From assembly GCF_009914755.1 (NCBI RefSeq), contig NC_060929.1: 64,000 nt of DNA, one strand, 5' to 3'. Below, piece after piece: positions 12,401-27,600 of this stretch. A program made the translations under genes and the position numbers. This DNA comes from the human T2T-CHM13v2.0 reference genome, Homo sapiens. Below the pieces are notes generated by a model, which ran no database searches, was not told the origin of the DNA, and worked only from the letters and a program-made list of their open reading frames with translations. Position 1 is the first letter of the stretch, and every line of letters begins with the position of its first letter.

Positions 12401-15400
12401 AAGTGGATATTCAGACCTCTTTGAGGCCTTCGTTGGAAACGGGTTTTTTTCATATAAGGCTAGACAGAAGAATTCCCAGTAACTTCCTTGTGTTGTGTGT
12501 TTTTTAACTCACAGAGTTGAACTTTCATTTACACAGAGCAGATTTGAAACACTCTTTTTGTGGAATTTGCAAGTGGAGATTTCAAGCGCTTTGAGGCCAA
12601 AGGCAGAAAAGGAAATATCTTCGTATAAAAACTAGACAGAATCATTCTCAGAAACTGCTCTGCGATGTGTGCGTTCAACTCTCAGAGTTTAACTTTTCTT
12701 TTCATTCAGCAGTTTGGAAACACTCTGTTTGTAAAGTCTGCACGTGGATATTTTGACCACTTAGAGGCCTTCGTTGGAAACGGGTTTTTTTCCTGTAAGG
12801 CTAGACAGAAGAATTCCCAGTAACTTCCTTGTGTTGTGTACATTCAACTCACAGAGTTGAACGTTCCCTTAGACAGAGCAGATTTGAAACACTCTTTTTG
12901 TGCAATTGGCAAGTGGAGATTTCAAGCGCTTTAAGGTCAATGGCAGAAAAGGAAATATCTTCGTTTCAAAACTAGACAGAATCATTCCCACAAACTGCGT
13001 TGTGATGTGTTCGTTCAACTCACAGAGTTTAACCTTTCTTTTCTTAGAGCAGTTAGGAAACAGTCTGTTTGTCAATTCTGTAAGTGGATATTCTGACATC
13101 TTGTGGCCTTCGTTGGAAACGGGATTTCTTCATATTCTGCTAGACAGAAGAATTCTCAGAATCTTCCTTGTGTTGTGTGTATTCAACTCACAGAGTTGAA
13201 CGATCCTTTACACAGAGCAGACTTGATGCACTCTTTTTGTGGAATTTGCAAGTGGAGATTTCAGCCGCTTTGAGGTCCATGGTAGAAAAGGAAATATCTT
13301 CGTATAAAAACTAGACAGAATGATTCTCAGAAACTTCTTTGTGATGTGTGCGTTCAACTCACAGAGTTTAACCTTTCTTTTCATAGAGCAGTTAGGAAAC
13401 ACTCCGTTTGTAAACTCTGCAAGTGGATATTCAGACCTCTTTGAGGCCTTCATTGGAAACGGGATTTCTCCATACTATGCTAGACAGAAGAATTCTCAGT
13501 AACTTCCTTGTGTTGTGTGTATTCAACTCACAGAGTTGAACGATCCTTTACACAGAGCGGACTTGAAACACTCGTTTTGTGGAATTTGCAAGTGGAGATT
13601 TCAGCCGCGTTGAGGTCAATGGTAGAAAAGGAAATCTCTTCGTATAAAAACTAGACAGAATGATTCTCAGAAACTCCTTTGTGATGTGTGCGTTCAACTA
13701 ACAGAGTTTAACCTTTCTTTTCATAGAGCAGTTAGGAAACACTCTGTTTGTAAAGTCTGCAAGTGGATATTCAGACCTCTTTGAGGCCTTCGTTGGAAAC
13801 GGGTTTTTTCATATAAGGCTAGACAGAAGAATTCCCAGTAACTTCCTTGTGTTGTGTGTTTTTTAAGTCACAGAGTTGAACTTTCATTTACACAGAGCAG
13901 ATTTGAAACACTCTTTTTGTGGAATTTGCAAGTGGAGATTTCAAGTGCTTTGAGGCCAATGGCAGAAAAGGAAATATCTTCGTATAAAAACTAGACAGAA
14001 TCATTCTCAGAAACTGCTCTGCGATGTGTGCGTTCAACTCTCAGAGTTTAACTTTTCTTTTCATTCAGCAGTTTGGAAACACTCTGTTTGTAAAGTCTGC
14101 ACGTGGATATTTTGACCACTTAGAGGCCTTCGTTGGAAACGGGTTTTTTTCCTGTAAGGCTAGACAGAAGAATTCCCAGTAACTTCCTTGTGTTGTGTAC
14201 ATTCAACTCACAGAGTTGAACGTTCCCTTAGACAGAGCATATTTGAAACACTCTTTTTGTGCAATTGGCAAGTGGAGATTTCAAGTGCTTTAAGGTCAAT
14301 GGCAGAAAAGGAAATATCTTCGTTTCAAAACTAGACAGAATCATTCCCACAAACTGCGTTGTGATGTGTTCGTTCAACTCACAGAGTTTAACCTTTCTTT
14401 TCATAGAGCAGTTAGGAAACAGTCTGTTTGTAAATTCTGTAAGTGGATATTCTGACATCTTGTGGCCTTCGTTGGAAACGGGATTTCTTCATATTCTGCT
14501 AGACAGAAGAATTCTCAGAATCTTCCTTGTGTTGTGTGTATTCAACTCACAGAGTTGAACGATCCTTTACACAGAGCAGACTTGATACAGTCTTTTTGTG
14601 GAATTTGCAAGTGGAGATTTCAGCCGCTTTGAGGTCCATGGTAGAAAAGGAAATATCTTCGTATAAAAACTAGACAGAATGATTCTCAGAAACTTCTTTG
14701 TGATGTGTGCGTTCAACTCACAGAGTTTAACCTTTCTTTTCATAGAGCAGTTAGGAAACACTCTGTTTGTAAAGTCTGTAAGTGGATATACAGACCTCTT
14801 TGAGGCCTTCGTTGGAAACGGGATTTCTTCATACTATGCTAGACAGAAGAATTCTCAGTAACTTCCTTGTGTTGTGTGTATTCAACTCACAGAGTTGAAC
14901 TATCCTTTACACAGAGCAGACTTGAAACACTCGTTTTGAGGAATTTGCAAGTGGAGATTTCAGCCGCTTTGAGGTCAATGGTAGAAAAGGAAATCTCTTC
15001 GTATAAAAACTAGACAGAATGATTCTCAGAAACTCCTTTGTGATGTGTGCGTTCAACTCACAGAGTTTAACCTTTCTTTTCATAGAGCAGTTAGGAAACA
15101 CTCTGTTTGTAAAGTCTGCAAGTGGATATTCAGACCTCTTTGAGGCCTTCGTTGGAAACGGGTTTTTTTCATATAAGGCTAGACAGAAGAATTCCCAGTA
15201 ACTTCCTTGTGTTGTGTGTGTTCAACTCACAGAGTTGAACTCTCATTTACACAGAGCAGATTTGAAACACTCTTTTTGTGGAATTTGCAAGTGGAGATTT
15301 CAAGTGCTTTGAGGCCAAAGGCAGAAAAGGAAATATCTTCGTATAAAAACTAGACAGAATCATTCTCAGAAACTGCTCTGCGATGTGTGCGTTCAACTCT

Positions 15401-17624
15401 CAGAGTTTAACTTTTCTTTTCATTCAGCAGTTTGGAAACACTCTGTTTGTAAAGTCTGCACGTGGATATTTTGACCACTTAGAGGCCTTCGTTGGAAACG
15501 GGTTTTTTTCCTGTAAGGCTAGACAGAAGAATTCCCAGTAACTTCCTTGTGTTGTGTACATTCAACTCACAGAGTTGAACGTTCCCTTAGACAGAGCAGA
15601 TTTGAAACACTCTTTGTGCAATTGGCAAGTGGAGATTTCAAGCGCTTTAAGGTCAATGGCAGAAAAGGAAATATCTTCGTTTCAAAACTAGACAGAATCA
15701 TTCCCTCAAACTGCGTTGTGATGTGTTCGTTCAACTCACAGAGTTTAACCTTTCTTTTCATAGAGCAGTTAGGAAACAGTCTGTTTGTAAATTCTGTAAG
15801 TGGATATTCTGACATCTTGTGGCCTTCGTTGGAAACGGGATTTCTTCATATTCTGCTAGACAGAAGAATTCTCAGAATCTTCCTTGTGTTGTGTGTATTC
15901 AACTCACAGAGTTGAACGATCCTTTACACAGAGCAGACATGAAACACTCTTTTTGTGGAATTTGCAAGTGGAGATTTCAGCCGCTTTGAGGTCCATGGTA
16001 GAAAAGGAAATATCTTCGAATAAAAACTAGACAGAATGATTCTCAGAAACTTCTTTGTGATGTGTGCGTTCAACTCACAGAGTTTAACCTTTCTTTTCAT
16101 AGAGCAGTTAGGAAACACTCTGTTTGTAAACTCTGCAAGTGGACATTCAGACCTCTTTGAGGCCTTCGTTGGAAACGGGATTTCTTCATACTGTGCTAGA
16201 CAGAAGAATTCTCATTAACTTCCTTGTGTTGTGTGTATTCAACTCACAGAGTTGAACGATCCTTTACACAGAGCGGACTTGAAACACTCTTTTTGTGGAA
16301 TTTGCAAGTGGAGATTTCAGCCGCGTTGAGGTCAATGGTAGAAAAGGAAATCTCTTCGTATAAAAACTAGACAGAATGATTCTCAGAAACTCCTTTGAGA
16401 TGTGTGCGCTCAACTCACAGAGTTTAACCTTTCTTTTCATAGAGCAGTTAGGAAACACTCTGTTTGTAAAGTCTGCAAGTGGATATTCAGACCTCTTTGA
16501 GGCCTTCGTTGGAAACGGGTTTTTTTCAAATAAGGCTAGACAGAAGAATTCCCAGTAACTTCCATGTGTTGTGTGTGTTCAACTCACAGAGTTGAACTTT
16601 CATTTACACAGAGTAGATTTGAAACACTCTTTTTGTGGAATTTGCAAATGGAGATTTCAAACTCTTTGAGGCCAAAGGCAGAAAAGGAAATATCTTCGTA
16701 TAAAAACTAGACAGAATCATTCTCAGAAACTGCTCTGCGATGTGTGCGTTCAACTCTCAGAGTTTAACTTTTCTTTTCATTCAGCAGTTTGGAAACACTC
16801 TGTTTGTAAAGTCTGCACGTGGATAATTTCACCACTTAGAGGTCTTCGTTGGAAACGGGTTTTTTTCATGTAAGGATAGACAGAAGAATTCTCAGTAACT
16901 TCCTTGTGTTGTGTGTATTCAACTCACAGAGTTGAACGATCCTTTACACAGAGCAGACTTGTAACACTCTTTTTGTGGAATTTGCAAGTGGAGATTTCAG
17001 CCGCTTTGAAGTCAAAGGTAGAAAAGGAAATATCTTCCTATAAACACTAGACAGAATGATTCTCAGAAACTCCTTTGTGATGTGTGCGTTCAAGTCACAG
17101 AGTTTAACCTTTCTTTTCATAGAGCAGTTAGGAAACACTCTGTTTGTAAAGTCTGCAAGTGGATATTCAGACCTCTTTGAGGCCTTCGTTGGAAACGGGT
17201 TTTTTTCATATAAGGCTAGACAGAAGAATTCCCAGTAACTTCCTTGTGTTGTGTGTTTTTTAACTCACAGAGTTGAACTTTCATTTACACAGAGCAGATT
17301 TGAAACACTCTTTTTGTGGAATTTGCAAGTGGAGATTTCAAGCGCTTTGAGGCCAAAGGCAGAAAAGGAAATATCTTCGTATAAAAACTAGACAGAATCA
17401 TTCTCAGAAACTGCTCTGCGATGTGTGCGTTCAACTCTCAGAGTTTAACTTTTCTTTTCATTCAGCAGTTTGGAAACACTCTGTTTGTAAAGTCTGCACG
17501 TGGATATTTTGACCACTTAGAGGCCTTCGTTGGAAACGGGTTTTTTTCCTGTAAGGCTAGACAGAAGAATTCCCAGTAACTTCCTTGTGTTGTGTACATT
17601 CAACTCACAGAGTTGAACGTTCCC

Positions 17625-18644
17625 TTAGACAGAGCAGATTTGAAACACTCTTTTTGTGCAATTGGCAAGTGGAGATTTCAAGCGCTTTAAGGTCAATGGC
17701 AGAAAAGGAAATATCTTCGTTTCAAAACTAGACAGAATCATTCCCACAAACTGCGTTGTGATGTGTTCGTTCAACTCACAGAGTTTACCCTTTCTTTTCT
17801 TAGAGCAGTTAGGAAACAGTCTGTTTGTAAATTCTGTAAGTGGTTATTCTGACATCTTGTGGCCTTCGTTGGAAACGGGATTTCTTCATATTCTGCTAGA
17901 CAGAAGAATTCTCAGAATCTTCCTTGTGTTGTGTGTATTCAACTCACAGAGTTGAACGATCCTTTACACAGAGCAGACTTGTAACACTCTTTTTGTGGAA
18001 TTTGCAAGTGGAGATTTCAGCCGCTTTGAAGTCAAAGGTAGAAAAGGAAATATCTTCCTATAAACACTAGACAGAATGATTCTCAGAAACTCCTTTGTGA
18101 TGTGTGCGTTCAACTCACAGAGTTTAACCTTTCTTTTCATAGAGCAGTTAGGAAACACTCTGTTTGTAAAGTCTGCAAGTGGATATTCAGACCTCTTTGA
18201 GGCCTTCGTTGGAAACGGGTTTTTTTCATATAAGGCTAGACAGAAGAATTCCCAGTAACTTCCTTGTGTTGTGTGTTTTTTAACTCACAGAGTTGAACTT
18301 TCATTTACACAGAGCAGATTTGAAACACTCTTTTTGTGGAATTTGCAAGTGGAGATTTCAAGCGCTTTGAGGCCAAAGGCAGAAAAGGAAATATCTTCGT
18401 ATAAAAACTAGACAGAATCATTCTCAGAAACTGCTCTGCGATGTGTGCGTTCAACTCTCAGAGTTTAACTTTTCTTTTCATTCAGCAGTTTGGAAACACT
18501 CTGTTTGTAAAGTCTGCACGTGGATATTTTGACCACTTAGAGGCCTTCGTTGGAAACGGGTTTTTTTCCTGTAAGGCTAGACAGAAGAATTCCCAGTAAC
18601 TTCCTTGTGTTGTGTACATTCAACTCACAGAGTTGAACGTTCCC
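17625..18644 (+). repeat. 6-mer HOR variant (A-B-C, 1020 bp)
   Basis: A-dimer ORFs start at 17656 and 18676, 1020 bp apart. Confidence 0.88.
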
Positions 18645-21600
18645 TTAGACAGAGCAGATTTGAAACACTCTTTTTGTGCAATTGGCAAGTGGAGATTTCA
18701 AGCGCTTTAAGGTCAATGGCAGAAAAGGAAATATCTTCGTTTCAAAACTAGACAGAATCATTCCCACAAACTGCGTTGTGATGTGTTCGTTCAACTCACA
18801 GAGTTTAACCTTTCTTTTCTTAGAGCAGTTAGGAAACAGTCTGTTTGTCAATTCTGTAAGTGGATATTCTGACATCTTGTGGCCTTCGTTGGAAACGGGA
18901 TTTCTTCATATTCTGCTAGACAGAAGAATTCTCAGAATCTTCCTTGTGTTGTGTGTATTCAACTCACAGAGTTGAACGATCCTTTACACAGAGCAGACTT
19001 GATGCACTCTTTTTGTGGAATTTGCAAGTGGAGATTTCAGCCGCTTTGAGGTCCATGGTAGAAAAGGAAATATCTTCGTATAAAAACTAGACAGAATGAT
19101 TCTCAGAAACTTCTTTGTGATGTGTGCGTTCAACTCACAGAGTTTAACCTTTCTTTTCATAGAGCAGTTAGGAAACACTCCGTTTGTAAACTCTGCAAGT
19201 GGATATTCAGACCTCTTTGAGGCCTTCATTGGAAACGGGATTTCTCCATACTATGCTAGACAGAAGAATTCTCAGTAACTTCCTTGTGTTGTGTGTATTC
19301 AACTCACAGAGTTGAACGATCCTTTACACAGAGCGGACTTGAAACACTCGTTTTGTGGAATTTGCAAGTGGAGATTTCAGCCGCGTTGAGGTCAATGGTA
19401 GAAAAGGAAATCTCTTCGTATAAAAACTAGACAGAATGATTCTCAGAAACTCCTTTGTGATGTGTGCGTTCAACTAACAGAGTTTAACCTTTCTTTTCAT
19501 AGAGCAGTTAGGAAACACTCTGTTTGTAAAGTCTGCAAGTGGATATTCAGACCTCTTTGAGGCCTTCGTTGGAAACGGGTTTTTTCATATAAGGCTAGAC
19601 AGAAGAATTCCCAGTAACTTCCTTGTGTTGTGTGTTTTTTAAGTCACAGAGTTGAACTTTCATTTACACAGAGCAGATTTGAAACACTCTTTTTGTGGAA
19701 TTTGCAAGTGGAGATTTCAAGTGCTTTGAGGCCAATGGCAGAAAAGGAAATATCTTCGTATAAAAACTAGACAGAATCATTCTCAGAAACTGCTCTGCGA
19801 TGTGTGCGTTCAACTCTCAGAGTTTAACTTTTCTTTTCATTCAGCAGTTTGGAAACACTCTGTTTGTAAAGTCTGCACGTGGATATTTTGACCACTTAGA
19901 GGCCTTCGTTGGAAACGGGTTTTTTTCCTGTAAGGCTAGACAGAAGAATTCCCAGTAACTTCCTTGTGTTGTGTACATTCAACTCACAGAGTTGAACGTT
20001 CCCTTAGACAGAGCATATTTGAAACACTCTTTTTGTGCAATTGGCAAGTGGAGATTTCAAGCGCTTTAAGGTCAATGGCAGAAAAGGAAATATCTTCGTT
20101 TCAAAACTAGACAGAATCATTCCCACAAACTGCGTTGTGATGTGTTCGTTCAACTCACAGAGTTTAACCTTTCTTTTCATAGAGCAGTTAGGAAACAGTC
20201 TGTTTGTCAATTCTGTAAGTGGATATTCTGACATCTTGTGGCCTTCGTTGGAAACGGGATTTCTTCATATTCTGCTAGACAGAAGAATTCTCAGAATCTT
20301 CCTTGTGTTGTGTGTATTCAACTCACAGAGTTGAACGATCCTTTACACAGAGCAGACTTGATACAGTCTTTTTGTGGAATTTGCAAGTGGAGATTTCAGC
20401 CGCTTTGAGGTCCATGGTAGAAAAGGAAATATCTTCGTATAAAAACTAGACAGAATGATTCTCAGAAACTTCTTTGTGATGTGTGCGTTCAACTCACAGA
20501 GTTTAACCTTTCTTTTCATAGAGCAGTTAGGAAACACTCTGTTTGTAAAGTCTGTAAGTGGATATACAGACCTCTTTGAGGCCTTCGTTGGAAACGGGAT
20601 TTCTTCATACTATGCTAGACAGAAGAATTCTCAGTAACTTCCTTGTGTTGTGTGTATTCAACTCACAGAGTTGAACTATCCTTTACACAGAGCAGACTTG
20701 AAACACTCGTTTTGAGGAATTTGCAAGTGGAGATTTCAGCCGCTTTGAGGTCAATGGTAGAAAAGGAAATCTCTTCGTATAAAAACTAGACAGAATGATT
20801 CTCAGAAACTCCTTTGTGATGTGTGCGTTCAACTCACAGAGTTTAACCTTTCTTTTCATAGAGCAGTTAGGAAACACTCTGTTTGTAAAGTCTGCAAGTG
20901 GATATTCAGACCTCTTTGAGGCCTTCGTTGGAAACGGGTTTTTTTCATATAAGGCTAGACAGAAGAATTCCCAGTAACTTCCTTGTGTTGTGTGTGTTCA
21001 ACTCACAGAGTTGAACTCTCATTTACACAGAGCAGATTTGAAACACTCTTTTTGTGGAATTTGCAAGTGGAGATTTCAAGTGCTTTGAGGCCAAAGGCAG
21101 AAAAGGAAATATCTTCGTATAAAAACTAGACAGAATCATTCTCAGAAACTGCTCTGCGATGTGTGCGTTCAACTCTCAGAGTTTAACTTTTCTTTTCATT
21201 CAGCAGTTTGGAAACACTCTGTTTGTAAAGTCTGCACGTGGATATTTTGACCACTTAGAGGCCTTCGTTGGAAACGGGTTTTTTTCCTGTAAGGCTAGAC
21301 AGAAGAATTCCCAGTAACTTCCTTGTGTTGTGTACATTCAACTCACAGAGTTGAACGTTCCCTTAGACAGAGCAGATTTGAAACACTCTTTGTGCAATTG
21401 GCAAGTGGAGATTTCAAGCGCTTTAAGGTCAATGGCAGAAAAGGAAATATCTTCGTTTCAAAACTAGACAGAATCATTCCCTCAAACTGCGTTGTGATGT
21501 GTTCGTTCAACTCACAGAGTTTAACCTTTCTTTTCATAGAGCAGTTAGGAAACAGTCTGTTTGTAAATTCTGTAAGTGGATATTCTGACATCTTGTGGCC

Positions 21601-24600
21601 TTCGTTGGAAACGGGATTTCTTCATATTCTGCTAGACAGAAGAATTCTCAGAATCTTCCTTGTGTTGTGTGTATTCAACTCACAGAGTTGAACGATCCTT
21701 TACACAGAGCAGACATGAAACACTCTTTTTGTGGAATTTGCAAGTGGAGATTTCAGCCGCTTTGAGGTCCATGGTAGAAAAGGAAATATCTTCGAATAAA
21801 AACTAGACAGAATGATTCTCAGAAACTTCTTTGTGATGTGTGCGTTCAACTCACAGAGTTTAACCTTTCTTTTCATAGAGCAGTTAGGAAACACTCTGTT
21901 TGTAAACTCTGCAAGTGGACATTCAGACCTCTTTGAGGCCTTCGTTGGAAACGGGATTTCTTCATACTGTGCTAGACAGAAGAATTCTCATTAACTTCCT
22001 TGTGTTGTGTGTATTCAACTCACAGAGTTGAACGATCCTTTACACAGAGCGGACTTGAAACACTCTTTTTGTGGAATTTGCAAGTGGAGATTTCAGCCGC
22101 GTTGAGGTCAATGGTAGAAAAGGAAATCTCTTCGTATAAAAACTAGACAGAATGATTCTCAGAAACTCCTTTGAGATGTGTGCGCTCAACTCACAGAGTT
22201 TAACCTTTCTTTTCATAGAGCAGTTAGGAAACACTCTGTTTGTAAAGTCTGCAAGTGGATATTCAGACCTCTTTGAGGCCTTCGTTGGAAACGGGTTTTT
22301 TTCAAATAAGGCTAGACAGAAGAATTCCCAGTAACTTCCATGTGTTGTGTGTGTTCAACTCACAGAGTTGAACTTTCATTTACACAGAGTAGATTTGAAA
22401 CACTCTTTTTGTGGAATTTGCAAATGGAGATTTCAAACTCTTTGAGGCCAAAGGCAGAAAAGGAAATATCTTCGTATAAAAACTAGACAGAATCATTCTC
22501 AGAAACTGCTCTGCGATGTGTGCGTTCAACTCTCAGAGTTTAACTTTTCTTTTCATTCAGCAGTTTGGAAACACTCTGTTTGTAAAGACTGCACGTGGAT
22601 AATTTCACCACTTAGAGGTCTTCGTTGGAAACGGGTTTTTTTCATGTAAGGATAGACAGAAGAATTCTCAGTAACTTCCTTGTGTTGTGTGTATTCAACT
22701 CACAGAGTTGAACGATCCTTTACACAGAGCAGACTTGTAACACTCTTTTTGTGGAATTTGCAAGTGGAGATTTCAGCCGCTTTGAAGTCAAAGGTAGAAA
22801 AGGAAATATCTTCCTATAAACACTAGACAGAATGATTCTCAGAAACTCCTTTGTGATGTGTGCGTTCAACTCACAGAGTTTAACCTTTCTTTTCATAGAG
22901 CAGTTAGGAAACACTCTGTTTGTAAAGTCTGCAAGTGGATATTCAGACCTCTTTGAGGCCTTCGTTGGAAACGGGTTTTTTCATATAAGGCTAGACAGAA
23001 GAATTCCCAGTAACTTCCTTGTGTTGTGTGTTTTTTAACTCACAGAGTTGAACTTTCATTTACACAGAGCAGATTTGAAACACTCTTTTTGTGGAATTTG
23101 CAAGTGGAGATTTCAAGCGCTTTGAGGCCAAAGGCAGAAAAGGAAATATCTTCGTATAAAAACTAGACAGAATCATTCTCAGAAACTGCTCTGCGATGTG
23201 TGCGTTCAACTCTCAGAGTTTAACTTTTCTTTTCATTCAGCAGTTTGGAAACACTCTGTTTGTAAAGTCTGCACGTGGATATTTTGACCACTTAGAGGCC
23301 TTCGTTGGAAACGGGTTTTTTTCCTGTAAGGCTAGACAGAAGAATTCCCAGTAACTTCCTTGTGTTGTGTACATTCAACTCACAGAGTTGAACGTTCCCT
23401 TAGACAGAGCAGATTTGAAACACTCTTTTTGTGCAATTGGCAAGTGGAGATTTCAAGCGCTTTAAGGTCAATGGCAGAAAAGGAAATATCTTCGTTTCAA
23501 AACTAGACAGAATCATTCCCACAAACTGCGTTGTGATGTGTTCGTTCAACTCACAGAGTTTAACCTTTCTTTTCTTAGAGCAGTTAGGAAACAGTCTGTT
23601 TGTCAATTCTGTAAGTGGATATTCTGACATCTTGTGGCCTTCGTTGGAAACGGGATTTCTTCATATTCTGCTAGACAGAAGAATTCTCAGAATCTTCCTT
23701 GTGTTGTGTGTATTCAACTCACAGAGTTGAACGATCCTTTACACAGAGCAGACTTGATGCACTCTTTTTGTGGAATTTGCAAGTGGAGATTTCAGCCGCT
23801 TTGAGGTCCATGGTAGAAAAGGAAATATCTTCGTATAAAAACTAGACAGAATGATTCTCAGAAACTTCTTTGTGATGTGTGCGTTCAACTCACAGAGTTT
23901 AACCTTTCTTTTCATAGAGCAGTTAGGAAACACTCCGTTTGTAAACTCTGCAAGTGGATATTCAGACCTCTTTGAGGCCTTCATTGGAAACGGGATTTCT
24001 CCATACTATGCTAGACAGAAGAATTCTCAGTAACTTCCTTGTGTTGTGTGTATTCAACTCACAGAGTTGAACGATCCTTTACACAGAGCGGACTTGAAAC
24101 ACTCGTTTTGTGGAATTTGCAAGTGGAGATTTCAGCCGCGTTGAGGTCAATGGTAGAAAAGGAAATCTCTTCGTATAAAAACTAGACAGAATGATTCTCA
24201 GAAACTCCTTTGTGATGTGTGCGTTCAACTAACAGAGTTTAACCTTTCTTTTCATAGAGCAGTTAGGAAACACTCTGTTTGTAAAGTCTGCAAGTGGATA
24301 TTCAGACCTCTTTGAGGCCTTCGTTGGAAACGGGTTTTTTCATATAAGGCTAGACAGAAGAATTCCCAGTAACTTCCTTGTGTTGTGTGTTTTTTAAGTC
24401 ACAGAGTTGAACTTTCATTTACACAGAGCAGATTTGAAACACTCTTTTTGTGGAATTTGCAAGTGGAGATTTCAAGTGCTTTGAGGCCAATGGCAGAAAA
24501 GGAAATATCTTCGTATAAAAACTAGACAGAATCATTCTCAGAAACTGCTCTGCGATGTGTGCGTTCAACTCTCAGAGTTTAACTTTTCTTTTCATTCAGC

Positions 24601-27600
24601 AGTTTGGAAACACTCTGTTTGTAAAGTCTGCACGTGGATATTTTGACCACTTAGAGGCCTTCGTTGGAAACGGGTTTTTTTCCCGTAAGGCTAGACAGAA
24701 GAATTCCCAGTAACTTCCTTGTGTTGTGTACATTCAACTCACAGAGTTGAACGTTCCCTTAGACAGAGCATATTTGAAACACTCTTTTTGTGCAATTGGC
24801 AAGTGGAGATTTCAAGCGCTTTAAGGTCAATGGCAGAAAAGGAAATATCTTCGTTTCAAAACTAGACAGAATCATTCCCACAAACTGCGTTGTGATGTGT
24901 TCGTTCAACTCACAGAGTTTAACCTTTCTTTTCATAGAGCAGTTAGGAAACAGTCTGTTTGTAAATTCTGTAAGTGGATATTCTGACATCTTGTGGCCTT
25001 CGTTGGAAACGGGATTTCTTCATATTCTGCTAGACAGAAGAATTCTCAGAATCTTCCTTGTGTTGTGTGTATTCAACTCACAGAGTTGAACGATCCTTTA
25101 CACAGAGCAGACTTGATACAGTCTTTTTGTGGAATTTGCAAGTGGAGATTTCAGCCGCTTTGAGGTCCATGGTAGAAAAGGAAATATCTTCGTATAAAAA
25201 CTAGACAGAATGATTCTCAGAAACTTCTTTGTGATGTGTGCGTTCAACTCACAGAGTTTAACCTTTCTTTTCATAGAGCAGTTAGGAAACACTCTGTTTG
25301 TAAAGTCTGTAAGTGGATATACAGACCTCTTTGAGGCCTTCGTTGGAAACGGGATTTCTTCATACTATGCTAGACAGAAGAATTCTCAGTAACTTCCTTG
25401 TGTTGTGTGTATTCAACTCACAGAGTTGAACTATCCTTTACACAGAGCAGACTTGAAACACTCGTTTTGAGGAATTTGCAAGTGGAGATTTCAGCCGCTT
25501 TGAGGTCAATGGTAGAAAAGGAAATCTCTTCGTATAAAAACTAGACAGAATGATTCTCAGAAACTCCTTTGTGATGTGTGCGTTCAACTCACAGAGTTTA
25601 ACCTTTCTTTTCATAGAGCAGTTAGGAAACACTCTGTTTGTAAAGTCTGCAAGTGGATATTCAGACCTCTTTGAGGCCTTCGTTGGAAACGGGTTTTTTT
25701 CATATAAGGCTAGACAGAAGAATTCCCAGTAACTTCCTTGTGTTGTGTGTGTTCAACTCACAGAGTTGAACTCTCATTTACACAGAGCAGATTTGAAACA
25801 CTCTTTTTGTGGAATTTGCAAGTGGAGATTTCAAGTGCTTTGAGGCCAAAGGCAGAAAAGGAAATATCTTCGTATAAAAACTAGACAGAATCATTCTCAG
25901 AAACTGCTCTGCGATGTGTGCGTTCAACTCTCAGAGTTTAACTTTTCTTTTCATTCAGCAGTTTGGAAACACTCTGTTTGTAAAGTCTGCACGTGGATAT
26001 TTTGACCACTTAGAGGCCTTCGTTGGAAACGGGTTTTTTTCCTGTAAGGCTAGACAGAAGAATTCCCAGTAACTTCCTTGTGTTGTGTACATTCAACTCA
26101 CAGAGTTGAACGTTCCCTTAGACAGAGCAGATTTGAAACACTCTTTGTGCAATTGGCAAGTGGAGATTTCAAGCGCTTTAAGGTCAATGGCAGAAAAGGA
26201 AATATCTTCGTTTCAAAACTAGACAGAATCATTCCCTCAAACTGCGTTGTGATGTGTTCGTTCAACTCACAGAGTTTAACCTTTCTTTTCATAGAGCAGT
26301 TAGGAAACAGTCTGTTTGTAAATTCTGTAAGTGGATATTCTGACATCTTGTGGCCTTCGTTGGAAACGGGATTTCTTCATATTCTGCTAGACAGAAGAAT
26401 TCTCAGAATCTTCCTTGTGTTGTGTGTATTCAACTCACAGAGTTGAACGATCCTTTACACAGAGCAGACATGAAACACTCTTTTTGTGGAATTTGCAAGT
26501 GGAGATTTCAGCCGCTTTGAGGTCCATGGTAGAAAAGGAAATATCTTCGAATAAAAACTAGACAGAATGATTCTCAGAAACTTCTTTGTGATGTGTGCGT
26601 TCAACTCACAGAGTTTAACCTTTCTTTTCATAGAGCAGTTAGGAAACACTCTGTTTGTAAACTCTGCAAGTGGACATTCAGACCTCTTTGAGGCCTTCGT
26701 TGGAAACGGGATTTCTTCATACTGTGCTAGACAGAAGAATTCTCATTAACTTCCTTGTGTTGTGTGTATTCAACTCACAGAGTTGAACGATCCTTTACAC
26801 AGAGCGGACTTGAAACACTCTTTTTGTGGAATTTGCAAGTGGAGATTTCAGCCGCGTTGAGGTCAATGGTAGAAAAGGAAATCTCTTCGTATAAAAACTA
26901 GACAGAATGATTCTCAGAAACTCCTTTGAGATGTGTGCGCTCAACTCACAGAGTTTAACCTTTCTTTTCATAGAGCAGTTAGGAAACACTCTGTTTGTAA
27001 AGTCTGCAAGTGGATATTCAGACCTCTTTGAGGCCTTCGTTGGAAACGGGTTTTTTTCAAATAAGGCTAGACAGAAGAATTCCCAGTAACTTCCATGTGT
27101 TGTGTGTGTTCAACTCACAGAGTTGAACTTTCATTTACACAGAGTAGATTTGAAACACTCTTTTTGTGGAATTTGCAAATGGAGATTTCAAACTCTTTGA
27201 GGCCAAAGGCAGAAAAGGAAATATCTTCGTATAAAAACTAGACAGAATCATTCTCAGAAACTGCTCTGCGATGTGTGCGTTCAACTCTCAGAGTTTAACT
27301 TTTCTTTTCATTCAGCAGTTTGGAAACACTCTGTTTGTAAAGTCTGCACGTGGATAATTTCACCACTTAGAGGTCTTCGTTGGAAACGGGTTTTTTTCAT
27401 GTAAGGATAGACAGAAGAATTCTCAGTAACTTCCTTGTGTTGTGTGTATTCAACTCACAGAGTTGAACGATCCTTTACACAGAGCAGACTTGTAACACTC
27501 TTTTTGTGGAATTTGCAAGTGGAGATTTCAGCCGCTTTGAAGTCAAAGGTAGAAAAGGAAATATCTTCCTATAAACACTAGACAGAATGATTCTCAGAAA

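Noticed and set aside
22976-22981. Sporadic T6 versus T7 run after the CENP-B box (also ~58304) and a 1-bp loss at ~3590
   Set aside because: Isolated homopolymer length changes cannot be distinguished from long-read error without the reads.
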